64,000 bases of DNA from Felis catus (lineage: Eukaryota). How positions within the stretch are numbered: position 1 is the stretch's first letter; every line of letters begins with the position of its first letter. This document shows positions 48,905 through 62,785 of the stretch, piece after piece. The notes beneath the pieces are model-generated. The model worked only from the letters and a program-made list of their open reading frames with translations, was not told the DNA's origin and made no database searches. The position numbers and the translations under genes were made by a program. The DNA is taken from positions 204,354,001 through 204,418,000 of the forward strand of contig NC_058368.1 of NCBI RefSeq assembly GCF_018350175.1. The letters run 5' to 3'.

Positions 48905-50452
48905 TAGATGAGAAGTTGGACCACTTTCTTAGACCTTGCACAGAAATAAACTCAAAATGGATTAAAGGCCTAAATGTGAGACCGGAAACCATAAGACTCC
49001 TAGAAGAAAATATAAGGAGTAATTTCTTTGACATTGGCCTTAGTGACATTTTTTTAAATATGACTCCTGAGGCAAGGGAAACAAAAGCAGAAATAAACTG
49101 TTGGGACTACACCAAAAGAAAAAGCTTTTGCACAGCATAGGAAACCACCAACAAAACAAAAAGTCAACCTACTGAATGGGAGAAAGTACTCACAAATGAT
49201 ATAAATGATAAGGGTTTAAGATCCAAAATACATAAAGAACTTATACAATTCAACACCAATAAAAACACGAATAATCTCATTAAAAATGGGCAGAGAATCG
49301 GGGCTCCTGGGTGGCTCAGTCGGTTGAGCGACCAACTTCAACTCAGGTCATGATCTCACGGTTTGTGAGCTCGAGCCCTGCATCAGGCTCTGTGCTGACA
49401 GCTCAGAGCCTGGAGCCTGCTTCAGATTCTGTGTCTCCCTCTCTCTCTCTGCCCCTCGCCGCTCATGCTCTGTCTGTCTCTGTCTCAGAAATAAATACAC
49501 ATTCAAAAAATTTTTTAAAAATGGGCAGAGGACCTAAACAGACATTTTTCCAAAGAAGACATACAGCTGGAAAGCAGACATATGAAAAGATGCCCAACAT
49601 TGTTAATCATCAGGGAAATGCAAATGAAAACCACAATGAGGTATCACCTTACACCTGTCAGAATGGCTACAATCAAAAGGACAAAAATAATAAGTGTTGG
49701 CGAGGATGCAGAGAAACAGGAACTCTCACACACTATGGGTAGGAGTGTAAATTGGTGCAGCCACCGTGGAAAACAGTATGGAGTTCCTACAAAAACAGAA
49801 ATACCATATGACCCAGTGATTCTACTATTGGGTATTTACGTAAGGAGAACGAAAACATCGATTCAAAAGGATATATGCGCCCCCAATGTTTATTGCGGCA
49901 TTATTTATGTTAGCCAAGATTGGAAGCAATCCAAGTGTCCATTGATAGATGAATGGATAAAGAAGATGTGGTACATATATACAAGCAATAAGCCATAAAA
50001 AAGAATGAGATCTTACCATTTGCAACAACATGGATGGACCTAGAGTGTAGAATGTGAAGTGAAATCAGTCTGACAGAGAAAGACAGATACCTTATAATTT
50101 CACTTACATAGGGAATCTAACAAAACAAAACAAGTAGACAAGCAAAAAGCAGAAACAGATCCATAAATACAGAGAACAAACGGATGGTTGCCAGACCGAG
50201 GTGGTGAGAGGGATGGGCAAAATGGGTGAAAGGCAGTGGGAGATACGGTGTCCAGTTCTAGAACAAATACGTCACAGGGATAAAAGGTACAGCATAGGGG
50301 ATATAGCCAATAGTGTTGTAAAAATGTGTGGTGACAGGTGGTTGCGACATCTGTGGTGAACATAACATAAGGTATAGACTTGTTGAATCCCTATGTGCTA
50401 CACCTGAAACTAACGTAACATTGTGTGTCAGCTATAAGTCAATTTAAAAAAA
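48905..50452 (+). mobile_element. 5'-truncated L1 with a nested Can-SINE at about 49300-49520
   Basis: ORF2-like [16 protein letters not shown] and [28 protein letters not shown] aaaaatgggcagag. Confidence 0.9.
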
Positions 50453-50874
50453 TCAAAGTTCTGGGAAAAAGCGTTGTTAGGTGAAATGATACGCCTGGAA
50501 TTTCCTTCAAAATAATCAGGAGTGAAGGGAATGATGGCAATTTAAATGAAACAAGACGGGTCATGAATTGATCACTTTCAAAGCTGCATGACGAGCACCC
50601 AGAGACTTACCACATGCTTTGCACCGTTTTTGCATCTGTTTAAACTTTTCTATAATGCGCTTCAGAAGAAGATTGCTACAATCCACTAGGTCAAACATAC
50701 ATTTGTAGTTTTAAAACGTTAGGTATTTTACAACAGGTGACAGTGCCAAACGGATGGATGGATGTGTAACACGACAGTCCTACGATGTGGGTCCTACGAT
50801 GTGGGGGGTTGTCATTCTCTTTTCATACATTGAAGCAAAAACAAAAAACAAAACGAAGCCCTAGGAAAGTTAAA

Positions 50875-51620
50875 AAAGCTAATTGTGCAAACAGACACAT
50901 CACAAGGTGCTCAGCATCGCCCATCAGGGAACCACAAACCACAAGTACAATGAGATGTCACCTCACATCTGTCAGGATGGCTAAAATCAAAAGCACAAGA
51001 AACAACGAATGTTGGCGAGGACGTGGGGAAAAAGAACCCTTGTGCACTGTTGGTGGGAATGTAGAGCGGGGCAGCCAGTGTAGAAAACAGTATGGAGGTT
51101 CCTCAGAGAGTTAAAAATAGAATTACCCTACAATCCAGGAATCACACTACTGGGCATTTACCCCCAAAACACAAAAACACTAATTCAAAGGGATACACGC
51201 ACCTGTATGTTTGTCGCAGCATTATTTACAACAGCCAAATTACGGCAGCAGCCCAAGTGTCCATCAATAGATGAATGGATAAGGAAGAAGGTATGGTATA
51301 TAAATACAATGGAATATTACTCAGCCATAAAAAAGAATGAAATCTTGCCATTTTCAATGAAATGGATAGAGTTAGAGAGTATAATGGTAAGTGAAATAAG
51401 TCAGAGAAAGACAAATGCCATATAATTTCACTCATATGTAGAATTTAAGAAATAAAACAAAGGGGGAAAAAAGAGAGGAAAAAAACCCAAGAAATAGATT
51501 GTTATCTATAGAGAACAAACTCATGGTAACCAGGGGGAGGAGTGGGGTGGATGAGGGAAATAGGGAAAGGATTAAAGAGTACACTTATTGTGATGAAAAA
51601 AATAAAATGATAAAAAAATG
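50875..51620 (+). mobile_element. L1 3' fragment
   Basis: [15 protein letters not shown]...CWRG and KCPSIDEWI...[13 protein letters not shown] peptides; 3'UTR. Confidence 0.85.
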
Positions 51621-52438
51621 GAAATATGCATTTAAGTAAAAAGAGAGAGAGAGAGAAAGAAAGTTGCCTTTGATGTCCTGATTATTAACTCCATAAGAGT
51701 GGAGGCTGTGTAAGTAAACCTTATAACATGTGGAACCAGGAATTTCAAACACATAGGGAAGAGAACATTGTCATGCTTTATGGGGAAGGCCCTGGGACAT
51801 AGCAGAAACCCAGGGCCTTCCCCATAAAGACTTCAATCTCATACATAATTCATTTCCAAAACACAAATCTTCCCATCTCCTCTGAGGGAATATGCCAGCC
51901 TCTAAAGAAATAAGGAAGGACATTAAGGCACAGGGTTGAGTAAGGCATAGCATTAAGGTACAGAACGGAATCATGGATTGAATCACACCAGAAAAACAAA
52001 ATGTAGTCTTCATTTCCTCAGAAATAATGAATTTAGGAAACAGTGTGCGAACATTCATGCCTATTTGCAGCTTATCGTTTATTTTTAGGGGTCTAAAAAT
52101 ATTTGCAAGTCAAAGCAGACATTGCTCTTTTCTGCCTTAGAACTTCCTTCAACTCTGATGTAGTATGTTCACTGAGAAGCAGGGAATAACATTTGAAGGA
52201 TGGCCTTAGGAGGTGATACGAAAACATTGTTCTTCTCTATCTGAGCAGAACTCAAGAAGGTCTGTCATGACAGGAGGCTGAAGGGCTATGGTCAGGGAGG
52301 GAGAGAATAGTGTTCCAGAAGAAAAGCTCTTACTTTTACCATGTAAAAAGTTCAGGTGGATTTGAAACCTTTATCACAAGCCTCCCATACCTCATAAGTG
52401 ATCCCTTCACACAGTATAAACAACAAATCCAAGAATTC

Positions 52439-52533
52439 TTTTTTTTTTTTTAATGTTTATTTATTTTTGAGACAGGGAGAGACAGAGCATGAACGGGGGA
52501 GGGTCAGAGAGAGAGGGAGACAGAATCCAAAAC
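52439..52533 (-). mobile_element. 5'-truncated Can-SINE
   Basis: Only the tail and (AG)n part is present; TSD-like caag(g)aattctt. Confidence 0.75.
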
Positions 52534-52676
52534 AAGGAATTCTTAAATAAATTCTTAAATATTTAATAAATAAATAAATTCTTAAATATTCATAAATATA
52601 CCCAGTAGTGGAAGTAAATGAGGGGTAGTGATGACAGTAAACAGGAGAGAAGTTATTGAATATAAAAAAGTGAACC

Positions 52677-52890
52677 GGGGGTGCTTGGGTGGCTCAGTCG
52701 GTTAAGTGTTAGATTTTTGATTTTGGCTCAGGTCATGATCTCACGGTTTGAGAGTTTGAGCCCCGTGTTGGGCTCTGCACTGAGAGCATGGAGCCTGCTT
52801 GGAATTCTTTCTCTCCACCTCTATCTGCCTCTTATCAAATCCTGCTCTCTCTCAAAATAAATACACTTTAAAAACTTAAAAACAAAAAAA
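52677..52890 (+). mobile_element. Can-SINE
   Basis: Head, body and tail visible. Confidence 0.85.
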
Positions 52891-53747
52891 GACCTGGGAT
52901 GGTGTACAATAGCAATCTGCACTAACAGAATAGAGAATTAAAAAACCAAAAATCTCACAGACATGGAAATTTCCTATGTAATTGACATGGCATTCCAAAC
53001 CGCCGGCAAAAGAGAAATGATTTAGTACATGATGCTTGTGGAGACTGACCCAAAAGGTGGCTCAGGTAGGCGTTAGCTCATCCAACACCCAAAATTCTCC
53101 ATCAGATGTCTCCATTCTTTGATATTCACATTTTCTTAAATTAATATAAAGTGCCATGCCGACTAACACAGAGGCTCACATCTTTTCCAGTAATATTACT
53201 ACCCTAAGACCCATACATATAGAAATTCTAAAGTCACTGTTGGGTGTTTAGACATGCACATATGTATGTATGTATGTATGTGTCCACAGAAAAAGTATTT
53301 GCATATTCACGGTAAAAGATCTGGACTGAACTAGTGGATGACAACCCGAAGGGGCAGAGTAATGAAGGGAGGGTATGGTAGAGGCTGTGAGTTGTCCCAT
53401 CTCTATTGGTTCTTTGTTATGGCACTGATTCTTAGCTCTGACCCACATCAAAGTCACGATAGAGCTTTTTTTAAATGGGTAATCCCAAGCCCTGCTCCCA
53501 AAGATGCAGACTTCATTGATCTTGAGAGAGGGCATGGTTTTTTGTGTTTTTAAGTTTCTCAGGTGATTCTATTGCATAGCCAGCTTTGAAAAACACTATT
53601 CTATGACAAAGTTTTGTCTGGGAACACTGCTATCCAACTGATATATTTCCCAGTCTCCCTTCTAGTTTGACTTGGCCACGTGTCTGAGTTCTGATCATGA
53701 GCTGTGAGCAAAAGTGATAAATGCAATACCAGGTTGTGCCTTTAAAT

Positions 53748-53748
53748 T

Positions 53749-53786
<38 letters not shown>

Positions 53787-53957
53787 ATCATCTTTCTTTT
53801 TCTCTCTCTCTCTCACTTTCTTTCTTTCTTTCGTCTCTATTTATTGAAAGAGTGCAAGCAGGGGAGGGGCTGAGAGCGAGGGAGGGAGATAATCCCAAGC
53901 AGGCCTGGCATGGAGCCCAACACTCACGACCATAATCAAGAGTTGAACATTTAACTG
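53748..53957 (-). mobile_element. Degraded Can-SINE whose tail became (TATC)n/(TC)n, inside an MLT1-like LTR (about 53600-54270)
   Basis: 18-bp TSD ccaggttgtgcctttaaa. Confidence 0.8.
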
Positions 53958-56153
53958 ACTGAGCCACTCAAGCGCCGCCAGGTTGTGCCTTTAAAAGGAA
54001 AGAAACATGTCATTCTCCTCTTCATTTTTCCCTTCTTCTTGTAGGTTGGAATATGGATATGACAGTGTAAATGGAAATAGCCATCTTAGACCAAGATGGA
54101 AGCCATGAATTGAGAATGGCAGAGCCACAAGACAGGAGGAACCTGGGCCCACAACACTACACAGCCACCATATCAGCCCTGGATTGCTTACTAGTAGATT
54201 TGGTTGTGAGAGAATTAAGATTCTACCTTCTTTAAGTCTCCGTTGTTTTGACCTTTGCTAAAGAAACTTAATGTTATATAATGTTATATAATGTTTATAA
54301 TGTTTACAAAATGAACTTGTTTCATTTCTTACTTCCTAGGTTTCTGTACTGTTTGAATGTTTTAGAACATGTATGATTACTTTAAAAATTAGAAATGTAC
54401 ATATCTATAGATAGAAAGTACCTGGGTCAAGGAGAGAATAAGAACTGCAGACGTCAGATACTGGTTTTCTGATATCCCAAAATATTCCAAATTATTTATA
54501 CTTTCATACACAGAAAATTGACAAATATTTATTGAGGACTGGTCATATGAAAGAAACTAAGGTTATATGAATAACTATGTTGCTGTTTTTAAAAGCACCA
54601 CATTTACTTAATTTACTTATGAGCAACAAATTAATTTCAACAAAACAATACCATCTATACTTTTCAAGTAATATTGTTAATCTAAATTTCATTGGTTTGA
54701 AGTTTTGTTTGTATTTAACTTGATAAAATTTGTTTTGCTTCACAGCTGTATATAAGCTATAAGGAAAAAGACTTAGGGTTAGAAAGAGATTAGGGTCTAG
54801 ACCTTCCCACTAAATGCCTGTGTGACCTTAAGCAAGTCCCTTCCCCTCTCTGGGCTTGTTTCTCTACTGGCAAGTGAGAGTGATGGACCCCATGATGTCT
54901 ACAGAATCATTCCCTGACCTGAGATTCTTGATTTTAACATAGGAAAAAAGCCCTCCTGAAGTCCAAGTGTCACATTGCCCCCTTCTGGACCTTTGTAACA
55001 TTCACCTGAATGAGATTATTAAAAACCCATAAGCCTACATGATGATGCTGAATATATTTAAGTCCAACTCCTTCCCCCTCACAAACAATTTAGAAAGCCC
55101 AGTTTGAGTATTTTCCAATAGAAGTAATAGAAGACGAACCAGGAAAGAGATAGGGCAAAAAGCATTAAAGGAGCAGGTGCAGGTGTTGATATGGTGGTGG
55201 GGGTGGACTCAGGACACAGTAGTTGTCTCCATCTCTTCTCCCAATATAATAAGTGGTATTGGCTGGTCTTTATCAAATGCCTACTATGTGCCAAAAACCA
55301 ATTTTTTAACCGATTAAAAAAAATCCTTCCAACAATTCTTCCAGCCAGGCCAAGAACATCTGTGTCCTGAGCAGCTCCTGATTATTCCCACAATTATGCC
55401 CTTTTTCCTCTAAGTCTTTCCCATCCTATGAAGATGGCTCCTTTCTTATTTCCTTCTAGAAGCATTCTTGACTACTTCATACAGCCCCACTACTATCCTG
55501 GAGCACTTGAGACCTGCATCTCATAATCTGGTCCTTGACTTCATGATTTTTCCATCTTGTGGGAGTCAAGTCTTCCCACAAACTCTCCTTGAGAGCAGGG
55601 TCCATGTGCAGGGCATCACGTCCACCCTCTCCCATTCCCCATCACCTAGAACAGTGCTGCTCGCATGGGGCTTGATTCACAAGATGACTATCTCTACTGC
55701 ATCCTCCAACTACTTCCTCTGTAGAGGAAATTGCTTGTACTTTGGGTAACAATCGCTCATATTTACTCTAAAGTAGAAAAATCAAGCTTCTGATTTTCTT
55801 CTCCAAATGTGCTTCTTTCACATCTTGGTAAGTTGCAACACATCTTTATAGCTGAAGCCAAAACCCTTGATTCTTCTTTTTACCTTATGTCTTGTGTTCA
55901 ATTTGTCAGCAAATCTTCTTGGCTCTACCTTCAAAATATATTCAGAACGGGATCGTTTTATCCCATTATTACCCAAATCACAGTCATCCCATTATTACCA
56001 GAGTCCAAGCCACAGCCGGGTTTAATTGGATTACAGTTGTGGTCTTTACAGCTGGTTTCAGAGCTTCTGTCTTTACCTGCCCCCTGCCAACCCCCAACAT
56101 GGTCTGTCTTGAACACAACATCTGGGAAGATGCTTCTAAAAGATGTCAGATCA

Positions 56154-56378
56154 GGGACGCATGGGTGGCTCAGTCAGTTAAACGTCTGACTCTTGATCTC
56201 AGCTCAAGTCGTGATCTCATGGTTCGTGAGATTGAGCCGCCCCATGTTGGGCTCTGTGCTGACAGCTCAGAGCCTGCTTGGGATTCTCTCTCCCTCTCTC
56301 TCTACCTTGCTCCCCACTGGCATGCACATGCTCTCTCTCTCTTTCTCAAAATAAATCAACTTACAAGTAAATAAATAA
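56154..56378 (+). mobile_element. Can-SINE inserted in an L2 remnant (about 55770-56800)
   Basis: Head, body and tail; TSD-like aa(a/g)gatgtc..atca. Confidence 0.85.
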
Positions 56379-56819
56379 AGGATGTCCAATCACTTCTCCA
56401 TTCAAACCCTTTTGGTGGCTTCCCTTCTTCCTCAGAATAAAAGCCAAGACCCTTAAAATGGCCTTCAAAGCTCTGTTCAAGGTGGTCCTCCCTCCGGCAT
56501 CATCTCCAGTCTCCCTTTCACCTACTCCACTCCAGCCACACTGGCCTTCTCGCTCTTCCTTGAGGGGATCAGGCCTGCTCCTACCTTCTGCAAACTCCTC
56601 CTTACCCTTTAAGGATCACTTTAAGTATTACCTCTTTCAGGAATCTTCCCCATCCGCCCACCTTAAACCTGGTGGAGTTCTCGTTTGTACTTCCAACATC
56701 TGTGGCTAGTACTGTGATTTTCTCCACCTTTTTGTACTATTATGACTTCTACATCAGACTGTTCATCTCATCTGATTGTAAACCCATTAAGGATAGTAAT
56801 TGTGTTTGACTTATTTAAA

Positions 56820-57285
56820 CTATATTCATAAGAGCTACAGTAATCAAGATGGTGTATAAGGATAGACCAATAGATCACAACAAAGAGTCCAGAAATTGAC
56901 CTACACATACATGGTCAGTTGTTTTTCCACCAAGGCACCAAGCCAATTTAATGGGGAGAAGGAAGTCTTTTTTTAACAAATCGTGCTGAATCAACTAGAT
57001 GTCTGTGTAAATAAAAGTTGAACCTTGACTTTTATCCTATACCATACACAAAAATGAATTTGAGATGGATCATTGACTTAAAACCTAGGACCAAAAAGTT
57101 TCCGGAAGCATACACAGGATAATAAATCCATGACGCTGAGGCAGGGCAAGCTTTTTGGACTAGATACAAAAAGCACAAACCATAGAAAAGAAAAAATTTG
57201 GTTAGTTCGACATCATCAGACTTAAAATTTTCTGGGTTATCGAAAGATACCATTAAGAAAACCAATAGAGAAATCACAGACTACA
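56820..57285 (+). mobile_element. Old L1 ORF2 fragment
   Basis: agctacagtaatcaagat...agagtccagaaat...caaggcaccaag motifs. Confidence 0.65.
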
Positions 57286-58780
57286 CTAAAAATCTAGGGC
57301 TCTAAACAGCATCTGGCACACAATACATGCTCAATTAAATATTTGTTGAACACATGTATAAAAGACCTGCCTCCTTCTTGTCACAACATACAGCTATCCT
57401 GACAGGTGCAAGAGATGTCAACACTCTGACCGTTGAGTGGGCAGTGCCGGTTAGAGGGAAAATCTATCCTACTGGAGGGAAAGAAAAGTTATCAAGGCTA
57501 TTTATCAGTTGAGATAAAATGTGTCAAGTCAGCAAACTCAAGAGCTTGTCTACAGGTTACAAGGACCTGTAGTGAATCACACAAAATAAGGAGTCGGTAA
57601 CTGCAGAACATTCACATGAGTAAATTAGCTAAAAATACAGGTGGAATTTCACCAAATGGAGCAGGAAGCATATATCTCCTTCCTCATTGCCTCAGTAATG
57701 CCAGTGATGTTACAATGAGAACTAGAGACACTGAAACTAGCACATGATGGTGAAGCTACCAATGTTCTACCTAGAAGAAGTGGGAGGAGTTTTATCAACA
57801 AAACAAGGGGTCAGGAAGGAAACAAATTTCATTGGGTAAAAAGGGTTAAATTGATCCTATATGCTTAAGAAACTGCTTCTGGGCATGGCATAGACCGAGG
57901 CTAAACATACATTCTGGTTTGCATAAGACTGTCTAAGCGTGTCCTGATGCAATTAACAGTAGCTGCTTTTTCACTCTCAAAAGTGTCCTTGTTTCCATAT
58001 ATAATATGATCAACCTACTTATATGTGGCATTCCTTCCTCTTACTTTGTTTTCTTCTTCCTCTTATTTGGGTAGTCACTGAGGATAAGAATAATCACGTA
58101 GTTGCATATCGGTTGTACTATTTGTTTTACCTGTTAGCATCACTCTCTGGAAGGAACCTCAGGCCAAATGAGAGTGAGTGTTCATTCTGATGACCAGTGT
58201 AAGACTGGGTTGAGCAACTATACAAGCTGGTGTTTAAATTGCTTCCCTGCTCCCTACTCTAAACAGGTGAGCTGGGCAGGGGGAGTCTTCAGTGTTATTA
58301 TACAGTTCTATTTTATTCCGAAAAGCACCAACTTTTTAATCAATATTTTAACCCACAATTTAATTTAAACCACAATATATTATTCATTGGGACTCTCTTT
58401 TAAAGACATGGAAACTGAGGCATGGAATGAGCTAGTTAAATGACTTGTTTGGGATCATAATCTGGGGTAAAATTATCAGATGAGACTCCTATTTATGATC
58501 AATTTATTTTCAGTTCACCCTCACCACCATCATTCATTCAACAAACACGTATTAAACACCTATTATGTGCCATCAACGTCCTCTCCACACGATGTGTTAT
58601 TCAGGACCCTAAGTCCTGGATAGTCACTGCATATGCATGGTCTAACATAGGCAATCTGTTGCTGAGAAAAGAATGTCAGGTGCTAATGTTCAATGTTTGA
58701 AGTAAGTTCCATGCTTCTACTTAAAAAAAAAAAAAAAAATTGACCAGAAGGAACCTGCAGTTTTACAGTAAGACAAATCT

Positions 58781-58995
58781 TTTTTTTTCAAGTTTATTTA
58801 TTTAATTTTGGAGAGAGTGAGAGAGAGAGAGCACAAGCAGGTGAGGGGCAGAGAGAAGGAGAGACGGAATCCCAAGCAGTTTCCGCACCATCAGTGCAGA
58901 GCCAATGCAGGGCTTGAACTCATGAACTGTGAGATCATGACCTGAGCTGAGATCAAGAGTTGGACACTTGGCCAACTGAGCCACCTCGGTGCCCC
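58781..58995 (-). mobile_element. Can-SINE
   Basis: TSD cagtaagacaaatctt. Confidence 0.9.
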
Positions 58996-59183
58996 TGCAG
59001 TAAGACAAATCTTACTTGTACTCCCGATTTGTACTTTCGGGGTCCAAGCAATAGTGGGTTATGGAGCACTTTGATGGGCAGAGGGAAGAGGTTCTTACAT
59101 CCAGTAATGGAAATAACATTCAACCTTTCTACTGTATCTTTCTAATCTAAATATCTTTTGTAAGTCTCAAAAAGAATCCTTCA

Positions 59184-59410
59184 GGAGCACCTGGGTGGCT
59201 CAGTCGGGTAAACATCTGACTCTTGGTTTCAGCTCAGGTCATGGTCTCACAGTTCGTGAGTTCGAGCCCCATGTTAGGCTCTGCGCTAAGAGCATGGAAC
59301 TTACTTGGGATTCTCTCTCCCTCTCTCTCTGCCCCCTCCCTGGCTCTTGGTAGCACTCTCTCTCTCTCTCTCTTTCTCTCTCTTAAAATAAATACATAAA
59401 CTTTAAAAAA
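59184..59410 (+). mobile_element. Can-SINE
   Basis: Head, (CT)n and tail visible. Confidence 0.88.
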
Positions 59411-61359
59411 GAATGTTTCATGATGCTGCTCTTTTACATGATAAAACCAACTACAGTCTTTAACTAGTATTTTGAATGGCTCATACATTTACATTAACAG
59501 CATCACCTTTGGTGTCTTTGATTCCTGAGCCAATTGATCTGCCACAGCTTTGAAATCTCAGACAGCAATCCATTCATATTAACCTAATTTGAAAATAAAT
59601 CAACTGCTTTCCAGCCCTCTGAATTATGAGGGCTCCTCTCTGTTCTGGTAACCTCTGGAATGGAGTTGGTTTTTAAAGGTAGAAAACAGCTCTTTGCCGT
59701 AGTAATCATTTAACAAAATAAGTACATAAGAAGAGGGTTGTTTCTTCTTAACAGCTCAAGCTTCAAAATCAATTCATATATACATAAATGGCTGCTACTA
59801 AGAAAATTTCTAGGTAGGTAGCTAGGTACTATGGATAATGGGAACTTTAAAATTGCATTGAAATTTACCAGATGATCTCAATTAACTATTGTGGTCTTTG
59901 TTTAATAATAATTGTTACAGCGATAATAATAGCTAGCTCTTATATATTACATATTACATGGTAGGCAATATCTTACGTGCTTTATGTGTACTAACGATTT
60001 AATCTAGAAGTCTGGGAGGTAAGTATTAATATCTCTACTTTACAGAAAAGGGAGGTTTAATCAGCATAGGGAGGTCATCAGGCAACTCTACCCATCTGGG
60101 ATTCAAACCCAGTCAGTGAGGCTTCAGTCTTGGGCATCTTAACCACTATAAAGGGCTATATAGTTATTTCCAGAATGTTCTTACAACAGTGAAGTACATT
60201 TTTTTGTTTAGGGTTTAACATTTGGCATAAGGAAAGTTGAATACGTTGTTATATCCATCTCTAGTCTAGTACAAAGCAGGCTTTCAATAGGTGTTGTGGG
60301 TGAATGAATGAGTTAATTAAGTCTAGAATTATCATAGGCTTCCTCTTAGTTACCTCACTGTCCATTACCAATAGTTTCCTTCTTCCTCTTCTTATTGCCC
60401 ACCCTCCACCCTACCAACTTGGTTAATGATAAATTTATCCTGTCTTCCCTCTGCTAAGTCCTAACCAACAGGCTTGTAATTCTCATCTTTCAGTGATCGG
60501 ACATCCTGCTGAGAACACACAAAGGCAGCTGACAATCCAGGGGGGTCTGTCGGCCCAGAAGAAGCACCAGGGTCACTGAGAAGAAGCAGAGATTGTCCAT
60601 TTGGGGAGCACAGGGACTTCTAAGACTGAAACTCTCTTGCCTCATCCCCCAAGATCTGCACCAGCCATAGGATGCTTCACTTATTCATTCAACATTTACT
60701 GAGCCTCTCCCAAATGTCAACTGTGCCCGACATCAGACACATCAGACACATAAGACATTGAATGAGAAAGACATTGTCTTACTTTTTACTGTGATCACTA
60801 CCTCTCCCACAACAGCTCCACAATCATGTAATCTTATTCTCTTCATCTCTTCATTATTGATCTCCATGCCTTTTGGGGATGCTCTCTCTCTCTCTCCACT
60901 TAGTACCTGCATGGAGATCATTATTCATTCATTTATGTATTAGGTGAGCACCTACTATGTGACAAAGACTGTTCTAGGTGTAGGGGATATGATAATGAGC
61001 AACGTGGAAAGCACTTCTGTACTAACGGGGTTCATAATAACCTCCAAGACTATCTATTCATTCAAGACTATCCTTCATTCTTTCAGTTTCCTTAAAGAAC
61101 ATAAAATTACATAAAGTAACAATTACAACAGTATGTTGCATTTTTAACACATACAGATGTAACAATTATAACAATAATAGCAAAACAAACGGGAGATGGG
61201 AATGGAGCTATAAAGGAGTACAATTTCTAGACCTCACTGCAATTATGTTAGTATAAATTTAAACTAGGTTCTGATAAGTTAAAAATATATTTTAAGCCCT
61301 AGAGTAACCTTTCAGAAAAAAACTAGAAATATATAGTTAAAAATCATTAAAAGGCAGAA

Positions 61360-62785
61360 GAATATGCAGAAGAATGAAGTTAGACCTCTACCTCACGCCG
61401 TAAACAAAAGTTGTCTCAAAATGCATCAAAGACCCAAATTAAGAGCTAACACTATAAAGCTCTTAGAAGAAAGCATGGGCATAAATCTTCACAACTGTGG
61501 GTTAGGCAATCATTTGTCAGCCTGTGACAAAAGTACAAGCAACAAAAACAAAAATAGAAACTGGTCTCATTGATTAAAAACTGTAATGCTTCAAAGGATG
61601 CCATCGAGAAAGTGAAATAACAACCTGCAGAATGGAGGAAAAAAAATTTTTTGCAAATCATGTATCTGGTAAGGGACTTGTATCTAGAACCTAGAAATAG
61701 AACGCAATAATAAAAAGATAAATAATCCAATTAAAAACCTGCAAAGGACCTGAATAGACATTTATCTAAGAAGATACATAAATGGCCAATAAACATATGA
61801 AAAGATGCTCAACATCATTAGTCACCAGGGAATGCAAAATCATAGTAAGACCTCTTCACACCCACTAGGATGGCTAGAATCAAAAAGACATACTAAAAAG
61901 TGTTAGCAAGGATGTGGAGAAACTAGAACCCTTGTATCCTGCTGAGGGGAATGTAAAATGGTTCAGCCCTTTGAAAAACAATTGGTCAGTTTTTAAAAAC
62001 AGCTGAATATAGTTATCAGCAATTTCACTCCTCGGTATATACCTGTAAGAAATGAAAACATATGTCGACACACAAACTTTTATACAAGTGTTCCTAGCAA
62101 CATAATTCATAATAGCTAAAAAGTAGAAACACCCAAATATCCATCAACTGATGAAGGGATCAATAAAATGTGGTATATCCAGGTGATAGAATATTATTAT
62201 GCCATCAATAAAAAGAATTGAAGTACTGACATATGCTGTGACATAGACAAACCTTGAAAACATCGTGCTAAGTGAAAGAAACCAGTCACAAAGGACTATA
62301 TATTGTATGATACGATGTACGTAAACTGTTCAAAATAGGCAAATCTTTAAAAAGAGACAGCAGATTAGTAGTTGACTGGGGTTTCGGGGAGGGGTTGGGA
62401 ATGCTGTTAGGCACAGCAGTGTTTCTTTTTAGGGTAATGAAAATGTCCTAAGATTGATTGTGGTGATGGATGCACAACTCTGTGAATGTATGAAAAGCCA
62501 TTGAATCGTATACTTTAAATGAGTAAATTGTATATTTAAAATATATCTCGGGGTGCCTGGGTGGCACAGTCGGTTAAGCGTCCGACTTCAGCCAGGTCAC
62601 GATCTCGTGGTCTGTGAGTTCGAGCCCCGCGTCAGGCTCTGGGCTGATGGCTCAGAGCCTGGAGCCTGTTTCCGATTCTGTGTCTCCCTCTCTCTCTGCC
62701 CCTCCCCCGTTCATGCTCTGTCCCTCTCTGTCCCCAAAATAAATAAACGTTGAAAAAAAAATTTAAATATATCTCAATAAAGCTA
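61360..62785 (+). mobile_element. Older L1 (L1MB-like) 3' portion with a nested young Can-SINE at about 62550-62765
   Basis: ORF2 3' motifs and 3'UTR ending ctcaataaagct; SINE TSD aaatatatctc. Confidence 0.82.

Noticed and set aside
50777..50804. Short tandem repeats (gtcctacgatgtgg x2; similar 9-10-mers at about 54270 and 60731)
   Set aside because: Ordinary slippage duplications with no spacer structure; nothing CRISPR-like, and the sequence is eukaryotic
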